Positions 52,936-64,000 of a stretch of 64,000 nt of DNA are shown here, piece after piece. The stretch lies in the NCBI GenBank assembly GCA_951406725.2, contig OX597818.1, positions 133,796,001 to 133,860,000 of the forward strand, in the 5' to 3' direction. Each line of letters starts with the position of its first letter. The first letter of the stretch is position 1. The notes beneath the pieces were generated by a model. The model made no database searches, was not told where the DNA came from, and worked only from the letters and a program-made list of their open reading frames with translations. Source of the stretch: Octopus vulgaris (taxonomy: Eukaryota). The position numbers and the translations under genes were made by a program.

Positions 52936-55900
52936 ACTGTTACGATGATGATGAAGATATGAAAATGATGCATGACTGTATGTAAAAATATTTACATATA
53001 GATAAATGCAATACATATCTACATATGCCTCTGTGTGTGAGTGTGTGTCTGTCTGTCTGTCTGTGCACGTGCATGTGTGTGTGTATTTATCAGATACCTT
53101 CATCAGTCACCTAACATTCTCAGTGAAGTTTGAACAATTGATATCATTGCTTCTGACATTTAATTGAACGATATTAAAAAGAAATCTCTCAGATTATCTG
53201 TTCTATTCTAACAGAAATTTTTCTACTGTATTTTGCTGAAGATTAGTAGTGATGCAATAGAATTTAATGCATTATATACAATATATACTCATACATACAT
53301 AAATACATATATACACTCTCATATATGTATATAAACACACACACATTCTTATAAAAATCCATCTAAATACACTCACACACACACACACACACACATACAT
53401 ATATATAAAATGAAATAATACATATATATGCACACATATAGATACATACATACACATACTTATATACATATAAATATACACACACATATGCATACACACA
53501 CATATATTCATATATATTACATACATATATATACACACAATATATATGTATATTTGATATTGAATACACCTTTATGGACCTATTTCTAAAGTGCAGTAAG
53601 CTGTAGCTGCTGGCTGTTATTTTATCACATCTAGAATATTGTCTCAAACTTGACTTGAAAAATGACATCAAAATAACATCTTTTATAACACTCTGAACTC
53701 TCACGTATGACCACCAGCTATTTCTCTATTTTTACCTATAATATCTAGAGATTTGTTTTACCTATCTTATCAGCTAAACGTATACACTATTTGGGTTAGA
53801 TGAAAAAGAAAATATGTCAAAGCATTGATCATACAACTATGGTTTTAAGTTTGATGGTTATTCATACATACATCGTAGCTTATTATCCTTAGGTGCAATA
53901 CTGACATTCTAAGTGACAGAAATGCACCTATCTAAATGAACTTCATGAAAATCAAATATATTCATAACAAAATATTCCTTCTTTCTGTTTTTTTCTTCTT
54001 TCTTACCCTTTATAAATTTCTTAGAAAATTTCATTTATATTTTGTTCATTCTTACTAAGGAAACAGCAACTATTTGTTTGTTTAACTTGCACCTATGCCT
54101 AAAGCCAACTTCATGGTTGTTGGAAAATATCATAGAAATCGTGAGGTTATGACAATTGTTCTTCACATACATATTTACTACTGATATATTTGACACATTG
54201 TAGATAGAAATCAGTTTTCTATAAGTCATCAACTGATTCGGGGGAAAACATTTTCACACTTGTAATCACAAAAGTTATAATGCAATAAGAAAAAAATATA
54301 GATGTATAATTTAAAGTAAAAATTAGTTATCTTACATTTCACTTTATGAAAGTCTGGAGAAATTATATACCAATAATAAATGGAGAGGTTAGGTTTCTAA
54401 TGATAGTAGCAAATAAAATTGGATAAATTGTGCTTATGCAACAGGCTGTCCTTATCCCTGGCCCCAACAGATACAAAGGCCCTACCCTGACACCTCCAGT
54501 TACTGTAAATGTTTTGTTGTATGTCTCACTGATAAGCTAATCCTTTATCAGTAAGAATGATCCATGAAGCCTGGTACTCATTCCCCATTTCTATAGCATC
54601 TCTTTCTATGTGGAATATTAGAGTATCACAACTTTTTTTTTCCTATAGCAGGAATTGAACCCAAAACTGCAAACTAATGAATCTCTTGTCAAATCAACAT
54701 TACTGCAATTACTTGGAGCAACTTACAGTTCCTACTTTGTAGTACATATTTGCAGCTAGGTGAACTGTGCATTTTAAGAGTGAAGTGTCCAAACTATGCA
54801 CAAACCACAATGTTAAGTGTGGACTCAGCTGGTTGACCACTATTCTATTAACTCAGCTACGCATGCTATTTTATACATCTGGACAAGATGCTTAAAATTA
54901 TTCCTGTTTTTCAGAAATGTACCAGGTATTTCTGGGGAAACAGTACTGAGATGAAATAATATTCAATGCAAATGGATGTTTCTCTCTCATCCAATTAATA
55001 TTTTTAATACAATATAAATATATCATTTTGTGTCATTATATTAATACAATGAGTTTGTTTGTAAAGTTATTACTTCCAAAAGAAGTCTTTCTTTCAGTTA
55101 AGCTTTTGTGAACAACCACCAAAAATTTTTAATTGCTTCATGAATCAATGGAATCTCTATATTGAACCACCATAAGTATCTACCAAACTGTATACAAATC
55201 ACAGTGTCTTAATCCTTTAGCATTTAAACCAGCCATATCCAACCCAAATATTCTACCTGAGCCAAGTGAAATTGGAGTTGTGGCCGGTGTCATGTGACTG
55301 GTACCTGTGCTGGTGGCATGTAAAAGCACCCATACCAGTAGCACATAAAAAGTATCCATTACACTCTTGGAGTGGTTGGCGTTAGGAAGGGCATCCAACC
55401 ATAGAAACCATGCCAAATCAGACTGGAACTTGGTGCAGCTCTCTGGCTTACTAGTTACAGCCAAACTGTCTAATCCATGCCAGCATGGAAAGCAGACACT
55501 AAATAATGATGATGATGATGATTGTGAGATCCAACACCTCATGCTTACCCTACATTCTAAAAATAAACGTTCCAGTGCCATGTAAAAAGTACCATGTACA
55601 CTCTGTAAAGTGGTCAGTGTTAGGAAGAGCAGCCAGCCATAGATACTATGCCAAAACAAAGAAATGGAGTCTGGATAGCTCTCTGGCTAGCCAGCTCTGG
55701 TCAAACTGTCCAACCCATATCAGCATGAAAAACAGACATTAAATGATAATGATGATGATCATCATCATCGAAACCTCAGTATGAGTATAGTAAACAATAT
55801 AGTTCAGAATGCGCTACACTTGAATAAAAGGTGAAGTGGTTACAGTTGGAATGTCTTTGATCAGAGCTCCTTTTCATAAAAGCTAAACAAAAAGTATCTT

Positions 55901-57279
55901 ATTTTGTACTTATAACATTTGACTTTATTTTATTCTTTTAATGATAATATTCATTTACATCAAATCATCAAAAAATTGTGTTTTCTTTGTTTTGACTCCA
56001 GTTCATCAACCATAGATATTTTGCTCAATAAAATACAGCCAGTCTATATTGTATATTATGCTTTCTGGTGATATGCTCAATTAATATATATGACTGCAAT
56101 TAACTTAGAGAACAAACCATACCTGTATTAATATGGAAAAATGATTGTGAAAACATTAAAATGACGAATAATTAAATATTTAACCACTATATTTCTTTAT
56201 TAGATCAATATTCTATTCTGTGTTTTTTATTTTACCTTTATTCTTTGTATTGTTTTGATTCAAAAATGTTCTGGAAGTTAGATTAAACTAAGGGCATTAC
56301 TTTTTACATTGCTTTATTAATTTTAGTAACTTAGTATTTGTATAAAACTGTTTATCATTTGCTTCTAAGTGTGTCTTATTGCTTGATCAAATACAGAAAT
56401 AACGTATAACCTTTTCTATCAAGAACCCATAATTATAAACTATAATTTTGTATCATACTTAACACACTTCATTGATGGGCATGTTACTGTGGCATTAGTC
56501 CCGAGATAACATCTCTTATGGACATGTTGCATTTAAAAACAAAACATCAATGCTGGAGGAAGACTTAAAAAATCATCCCATCAGCAGCTAGCAAGAACAC
56601 CAGATGGATTTCTTTCTCATTGAGCCTTATCAGTGACATATACTCATAGTCACATGCCTAGATGCAATTTATCACCATCCATTCATGTCCATTGCCAGCC
56701 TCGCCTGGCCCCCGTGCCGGTGGCACGTAAAAGCACCATCCATTCGTGGCCGTTTGCCAGCTCCGTCTGGCTCCTGTGCGGGTGGCACGTAAAAAGCACC
56801 CACTACACTCGCAGAGTGGTTGGCGTTAGGAAGGGCATCCAGCTGTAGAAACACTGCCAGATCAGACTGGGCCTGAAGCAGCCTTCTGGCTTCACAGACC
56901 CCAGTTGAACCGTCCAACCCATGCTAGCATGGAAAACGGACGCTAAATGATGATGATGATGTTGAATTATAGGAAACAGTGAATGAAATATTCACTGGTA
57001 TTGCAAATACCCACCCAGCTGAATAGAAATCTGGTATATGAAATTGAAGTTGTATTAAATTAAAACAGCCATCTATGTATAATAATACCTTTTGACAATC
57101 ACTTAAAACACTTACCTATCTATCTCCCCAAATTTTTCAATGGGGAAAAATTATTTTAATACTTTTCTGTATCACATAATAAGTACATTGCTAAATCCTG
57201 TGTCCAGCTTATTATCATTGGCACTTCTGTATCAATAAAAATAGCATTTTCAAATTCCCTTGTACCACATTCCTGCCAA

Positions 57280-57315
<36 letters not shown>

Positions 57316-57319
<4 letters not shown>

Positions 57320-58207
57320 TAGTTTTATTTTTATAGCGTGCTTTCACTTCACTACCGAGCGCAGCTCTGTGTGCCTTGGGTATGTGCTGTGATTTGTTGT
57401 GATGCTCTGATGGTTATTGTATGGAAAGTGTTCTGCGTAGGATGTGTGCAGTGCCTAGTAGTGCAATTTTCTGTATGTTATATGTGTTTGTAAGTCCTGG
57501 TGTTTTTGTTATGTATTTGTCTGAATATTTTTTTATCATGCCTAATGCACCTACTATGATAGGAATTGTTTCTGTTTTCAGATTCCACATTCTAGTTACC
57601 TCTATTTCCAGGTCTTTGTATTTTGAGAGTTTCTCCATTTCTTTTAGAGACACGTTGTCATCAGCCGGTATTGATACATCAATTAGAAAGCATTTTTTTC
57701 TTCATGGTCTCTGACAACTATATCTGGTCTGTTGGCCTTAATTTCTCTATCTGTGTGTATCGGCATATCTCAGAGTATGGTTGCTTTCTCGTTTTCTGTG
57801 ACCTTTTCTGGTGTGTGCCTATACCATCTTTTTTCTGTTGTTATTCCATAATGTTGGCATAGCTTCCAATGTATGTAGGTTCCAACTCTGTCATGTCTGT
57901 GAATATATTCCTTCTTAGCCAGGACTGGGCAGCTAGAGATAATATGATTTATTGTTTCTTGTCCATCTCCACATATTCTGCAGTTACTTGTAATATTTCT
58001 TTTCATTACATGTTTTTGGTAATTTCTGGTGGGGAGGCTTTGGTCTTGTGCTGCAATTAAAAATCCCTTTGTTTCTGCTTTGAGTCCTGAGCTTCTCAAC
58101 CATTGCTGGGATTTTTCTTTGTCTATTTCTTTTGCGTTTAGTTTAGTCCAGTATTTACCATGAAGGGGCTTTTCTTGCCATCGTTTTATCATGGTTCGTT
58201 GCTGTTT
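57316..58207 (-). mobile_element. 5'-truncated R4/Dong-clade non-LTR retrotransposon (CCHC + restriction-like endonuclease) inserted in (TAA)n
   Basis: WQEKPLHGKY, AAQDQSLPTRNY, CRICGDGQETINHIISSC, RHDRV, NRPDIVV..LIDVSIP..EKLSKYKDL, PIIVGALG, LLGTAHILRRTL; one TGA (57770) and one frameshift in an A run; (ATT)n on both sides. Confidence 0.9.
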
Positions 58208-58346
58208 ATTATTATTATTATTATTATTATCATTATTATAATAATTATTATTATTATTATAATTATTATTATTATTATTCAGTCAAAATCGTTCAACCCA
58301 TGCTAGCATGGAAAGCAGACGTTAAACAATGATGATGATGATGATG

Positions 58347-58420
<74 letters not shown>

Positions 58421-58491
58421 TATTATTCAGTCAAAATCGTCCAACCCATGCTAGCATGGAAAGCAGACGTTAAACGATGATGATGATTATG

Positions 58492-58562
<71 letters not shown>

Positions 58563-58634
58563 TATCATTATTACTATTATCATTATCACTATTATTATTA
58601 TTGTTATTATTATTATCATTATTATTATTATTAT

Positions 58635-58996
58635 TACCTTCACCTTAGAGAAGGCAGAGATATTGTTTACAGTCACGTTTGTTTGTCCATGGAGAAGATA
58701 TATGAAGATCTGCTGGATGAATTCAAATGAAACTTTCAGGCATGTTTGGCCTCATGATTGACATGAACTGATTAGATTTTGGGATCAATCTGGTACCAGA
58801 CAAGGATTCTGGATTATTTTTCCTGTTTTTTTTACTTAATTTGTGAGAGCAGTCAGGTTCATTTTTAGTATTCTCGTTTGTGAGAGCAATCAAGTTTATT
58901 TCGGATATTCTTATTTTAAAGATCATCTCTGGCTAATCGTTGAGAGGATGTTGGTGTTGCTTTGGTGGAGGTTTGCACTCTCTGGGTGCTCTTGTT
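58635..58996 (+). mobile_element. Non-autonomous Helentron (HINE/DINE-like)
   Basis: Imperfect subterminal inverted repeats taccttcacc / ggtggaggtt, (GTTT)n near the 5' end, 3' hairpin gcactctctgggtgc, T-rich flanks. Confidence 0.6.
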
Positions 58997-59064
58997 GTTG
59001 TTGTTGTTATTATTATTATTATTATTATTATCATTATTATTATTATTATTATTATTAATTATCA

Positions 59065-59305
59065 CTATTAAGACAGTGTGCTGGCAGAAGTGCTAGCACA
59101 CTGGGCAAAATGCTTAGTGACATTTCATTCATTTTTACATTCTGAGTTCAATTTCCACCAGTCAACTTTGCCTTTAATCCTTTCTGGGTAAATAAAATAA
59201 GTACCAGTTGAGCACTGAGATCGATCTAAATGAATTTTCCCCCACCCTCCACTAACGTCATGCCAAAAATTGCTGGCCTTGTGCCAAAATTTGAAACTAA
59301 TATTA
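59065..59305 (+). mobile_element. Meta-type SINE (older subfamily)
   Basis: ctggcagaa..ttctgagttc..gcctttaatcc..aaataagtaccag..aaaatttgaaac. Confidence 0.8.
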
Positions 59306-59480
59306 TCATTATTATCAATTAATTCCTGATGATCCAGGCCTTACAAGGAAAAAGTAAATTTTTTTAAATATTTTTCTGGTGACATATAAAAGAACATTGA
59401 AAATTAGAGCTGTTGGTCAGCTCAGCCTATCAAATCTCTTTACGATATCTTCATTTACTCATTTGTTACTAAAATATATA

Positions 59481-59888
59481 TGGAGTGGCTGTGTGGTAAG
59501 TAGCTTGCTTACCAACCACATGGTTCCGGGTTCAGTCCCACTGCGTGGCATCTTGGGCAAGTGTCTTCTGCTACAGCTCCGGGCCGACCAAAGCCTTGTG
59601 AGTGGATTTGGTAGACGGAAACTGAAAGAAGCCTGTCGTTTATATATATATATGTGTGTGTGTTTGTGTGTCTGTGTTTGTCCCCCTAGCATTGCCTGAC
59701 AACCGATGCTGGTGTGTTTACGTCCCCGTCACTTAGCGGTTCGGCAAAAGAGACCGATAGAATAAGTACTGGGCTTACAAAGAATAAGTCCCGGGGTCGA
59801 TTTGCTCAACTAAAGGCGATGCTTCAGCATGGCCGCAGTCAAATGACTGAAACAAGTAAAAGAAGAAAAAAAAAAAAGAAAAAAGAAG
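59481..59888 (+). mobile_element. tRNA/CORE-like SINE, full length
   Basis: Near-identical to 11404-11855; A-rich tail. Confidence 0.9.
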
Positions 59889-61857
59889 TTACTCTAAAAC
59901 CAGAAATATTTCTAATAACTGGCATTTCTTCAGAAGCACAACACTAACACATTTTATGCATCTGAAGAACAGTGCTGCCCTGCTTTCTTCTTTGAAAACC
60001 CCTTGAGATAAAACTGCCAGCAAATCACATTTAATTGGAACACATTATCTACCACAGAATTGATATCTATGAAATCTAGTTTCTCATCTGGAGTAAAATG
60101 CAAGAGAAACTTTGTAAGTGCTACAAGTTTAGGTCAATTTACTAATGGAATACTTGTTATTCTCTGGTGGCACTTTTCAAATATGTCTTAAGATATTTGT
60201 GGAAGTAGCAAACCATGATAGAATTCTCCTTTCACATCAATGAATTTCAGCTTCATCAGCTCAATTCCATATTGTATCTATCTGTACAAAGCTTTACCTA
60301 ATGCTATTATCATAGACATTGTTCAGAAAATTCCTGCTGCATCCGATCATGATACACATTTTACATCCAGATACTCATTTAAAATTAGATCTCAGATTCC
60401 ATTGTGCAGTAGTATGTGTCTATGTATGTACAGGTTATGTAAACTGAAATTATAAACATATATACACAGAGTTAATATAGACATAAATAAGGCAGTGAGT
60501 AGTAGAGAGTACATAACTTGTGGTATCTTGTTATGTACCATTGCATTCAGAGAGAGGATCCATCCAGCAGAATAAAATAAGCATCAGTAATATACTAGTA
60601 TTAATTCAACATATTAAACCCTCCCCCTACATATTTGTGGCTTTATGTCATTAAAAGACATCAATATTTGACTTCTGTCGAATATGAGAAAATAGAAATG
60701 GAAAAAGATGGCTATATATATCATCATCATTTAACAGTCATGTTCCATGCTGACATGGGTTGGATGGTTTGACGGAAACCAATGAGTGCAGGGACTGCAT
60801 CATGTTCCAGTGTCTGCTTTGACATGGTTTCTATGGTTTTTATCATCATGTACTTTACATCATGTACTTTACATCATGTACTGGGTGCTTTTTCTGTGCC
60901 AGCTGCACTATTGAGGTTGCCACACCGTTCATAGGACTATGAACCTGGGGAAGGTGGAAAATAATTCAAGTGAGACAATGGCATGAATTTTAGATAGTAA
61001 GGTTAAGGGGTAATATACTAAATAATGTACAGGAAATATTCTGAATTTATTGAAAAAATAGTGGTAAATTGTTAGTACCACCTAAAGAACACGATGAGAT
61101 AACTTCAATAAATTAAGAAGAGAATAGACTATAGTATGCTGAAAAGGTCCTATAAGACTGAAAATGTCTTCATACATGTTACCTTGCTTGCAAAATAAAA
61201 ATCAGATTTTCTCCTAAACATGTAAACTGATTTTGTGAAATTCATTCTCAATTACTTAAAATTATAGTCCCAATTCTTTAAGAGTAACTAACAATTGCTG
61301 CTAAGACTTTGTTTTCTTTCTCCAACTAATAGATAGATCTCAAATAATTTAGAATTTTTTGTCATTAAGCAACATCCCTATATAGACACTAACATGAAAC
61401 CTATGTACTTGCATTCTTTCATGTGTTATTAGATTTGTGAGTGGTTGCATTGGGAGTAATTTATTTTTTACTCCCATATTTGGAGTAGTTTTGTACTTTT
61501 GGCTGGCAAATGTTTAAAATGAGGATAATCATAGAAACTCTTAACTTATTTTACATCTCTTTACTCAAAAATCGAACTGCTACAGGCTGATCCCTTCCTT
61601 TGCAATGCATCATAAAACATAACACCTAAAGTCAGAGATATTTAAATGACACTTCCTTTTACTCCATAATTTTTACTTTGATACTTTTGCCAAGCACTTT
61701 TCTTCTAAAATAAAAATTTACTACACAATTTTTTAACATGTTAAAAATATTCTGTTTTCGACACATTGCTAATAGCTAAGAATGATAACACTGTAAAAAT
61801 TATGGTGTTTTGGAGAGATGCAAAAAAACAAAGAAAACAAAGAAAAAAGAAATTAAG

Positions 61858-61910
<53 letters not shown>

Positions 61911-63249
61911 GTAATAATAATAACAATAATAATAAAGCATTCATCAGCAGAAAAAGAAAAACTTTAATTCTAGCCACAAATTTGCAACTTTTTACTGAAC
62001 AAGCTATTAGATTACAAATGAGGATGATATAAAAATTATAATTCTGCATATCAAGAACGTGTTTTATGCTAATGAATATCAAAACTGGATATAAAATCAA
62101 CATCATCATTATCACTGTCGTCATCATCATCATCAGCAACACTACTTAAACACATTTCCACTATCCAGGAAATAGTTTAATAGAACACACAAAAAGAAAA
62201 AGGAAAGGGGAAAAACCTATAATTTACAATAAATACATTTGTAGTAAATTCTTCAATTTTTTTTTTATTAATATAGATTACCAAAAAAAAATTAAAATAT
62301 TAAAAAATAACTTTGAAACCTGGATATCAATAGAAATGTTATTTATTGCAGTAAATCTGTTAATTAATATAAATATACTGCAAAGTATCAGAAATTACCA
62401 AACTAGATAATGATCAATTTTTATTTTATTTTTAATTACTCAGTTGACCAATTGAAACAACACAATTCAAGTGACTTAATGAGGAATGAAAATTAGAAAA
62501 GTAAAAAGTAAAATGTAAAAAAGAAAATAAATAAAATTAAAATGAAATATAGTGTTTGAATCAATTTATGTTGTTTGAAACAAAAATAAGAAAGAAAAAA
62601 AGATTAACCTTAATTTAAAACAATTTACATACTGAAAAATAACTCGTCCTTTGATTATTAAACATTTAAATATTAAATTATTTTGAAAATATTGGTGATA
62701 TATTTTTCATTCTATAAATTTATTTTTATTATTATTAATTATTATTATTATTATTATTAATTGTTATTATTATTGTTATTTTTACTTTTATTGTTATTAT
62801 TATTATTGTTATTATCATTTTCATTTTTATTATTATTATCATTATTATTATAATTATGAGGCGGGTGGATTAGCAGCGCCATTAGAGTATCAGGCAAAAT
62901 TCCTGGTAATGTCTGTTCTGGTGTTATGCAGTTTGAGTTTCAAATCCCACTGAGGCCAAACTTTGTATTCCACCCTTCTGGAGTCAATAGAATTAAATGC
63001 TAATCAGATTCTAAGATTGATTTGATCAACTATCCCCTACCCACTCCCAATTTCAAGCAGTACCCATGGAAATTCCATGGTAAATACAAAACTTTTTTGT
63101 TGGTTATAAGTTTATATAGAGCTGTAAAAATTAGTGTTCCCTTATAAATTGTATATTCTGCAATATTTTCCCTTAAAAACACCTATCAGTTCTTCTGGAT
63201 AATTAAGGGAGTATGACTTTCCCATTCTCTCAGCAGTTCAGAGGTTCAT

Positions 63250-63675
63250 TTATAAATCTAAGAGCTTTACAATTTGTTGTTTGTTGGCATCCTTTTGTCT
63301 CGGGAGACAATGGAGTTGTGCATAAACTAATTCAGTCTGATTTTTACGTTTCATGTCCTCTCCAGTTTCCTCTCCAGCTTTGCGCAGGCCTGGACAAGAT
63401 GTAAAAAAATTCTGGGTAGCCCAATCATCAGGATTCCTCTCTCGACATTGCTGACATAGTCCAAAAGAGTGCAGAGCATTACGTTTGGCACCAGCTTGGT
63501 TGCAGGAGCTGCCAGAAGAGTGTCAAGTCGAACACTAAACCGCCTACGGGGCTCCATTCCGGATTTCTTTGAAGGTTGTCTCCTTTCCGTAACCCTGGAT
63601 GGGGGCCCATACCGGGTACTGTCAGCCAGAGCCAGCTGAGCCCGGGACTCATGCCAGGCAGGGTTGTCAATCCCT
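63250..63675 (-). mobile_element. Probable LINE (RTE-type) 5' UTR with a structured 5' terminus
   Basis: GC-rich island starting gggattg...gagtcccgggctcag..ctggctgacagtac; resembles RTE 5' UTRs by recall only; no clear ORF. Confidence 0.4.
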
Positions 63676-63689
63676 GAAGTAGTGAAGAA

Positions 63690-63950
63690 AATTGCTCCCC
63701 ACTACTCACAAGAGCCTTACAATTATTACAGAGAATACTCATGTCACCAATGTTGTAACTTTCAACCATGTGTTTACAGTTTTTTTAAAAATCTTTTTTT
63801 ATGTTTTCTCTCATTTTCATTTTAAATTCTATCTTGAATATATTTCTGATGCTCCCATGCTTGTTCTAGTGACTCGGCCCTCTGCTTCTCTGTACATCGT
63901 TATCTATACCCTCCATTCTTTCTCTTGTTAGCTTACATCATCTGTCATCC
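63690..63950 (-). mobile_element. Possible Helitron Rep/Hel N-terminal relic
   Basis: VESYNIGDMSILCNNCKAL..GE resembles the Helitron G.M...C..C.AL...E motif; QRAESLEQ upstream. Confidence 0.35.
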
Positions 63951-63966
63951 ATATTTTATAAACAAA

Positions 63967-64000
63967 CTAGCAGTATCGCCCGGCGTTGCTCGGGTTTGTA
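63967..64000 (-). mobile_element. 3' end of a non-autonomous Helitron (continues beyond the window)
   Basis: Reverse complement tacaaacccgagcaacgccgggcgatactgCTAG, matching 14051-14084. Confidence 0.85.

Noticed and set aside
58470-58761. Poly-Ile ORFs (also poly-Leu/Asn ORFs at 61741-62142 and the Ile-rich ORF at 9000-9377)
   Set aside because: (ATT)n/(AAT)n repeats, or the antisense of the N-rich PLE linker.
59930-60410. Possible decayed coding sequence on the minus strand
   Set aside because: Short frames with several stops; no family recognised.

Overview
Very AT-rich animal genomic DNA made almost entirely of microsatellites ((TA)n, (CA)n, (TACA)n, (ATT)n, (GAT)n) and decayed transposable elements. 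The repeat content (tRNA-derived Meta-/CORE-type SINEs, RTE LINE 3' ends with (GAT)n tails, many Penelope-like elements) strongly resembles an Octopus/coleoid genome; this is pattern recognition, not a database result. No intact host gene is visible, so the window is probably intronic or intergenic, and nearly all listed ORFs are microsatellite artefacts. Recognisable elements: five Penelope-like retroelement (PLE) relics, including a near full-length Naiad-like copy at about 3840-8920 (-) with nested insertions; RTE, CR1 and R4/Dong LINE ends; a fold-back mariner; piggyBac-type MITEs; Helitron and Helentron non-autonomous elements. The most interesting signals are RNA/DNA structures: type I hammerhead ribozyme motifs in PLE-type terminal repeats (one canonical, several minimal core variants), a possible HDV-like ribozyme relic at a LINE 5' end, an in-frame TGA right after the RT YLDD motif (possible selenocysteine relic), and three (near-)perfect snap-back palindromes next to (TA)n tracts. 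Repeat boundaries are approximate unless a TSD or terminus is quoted.
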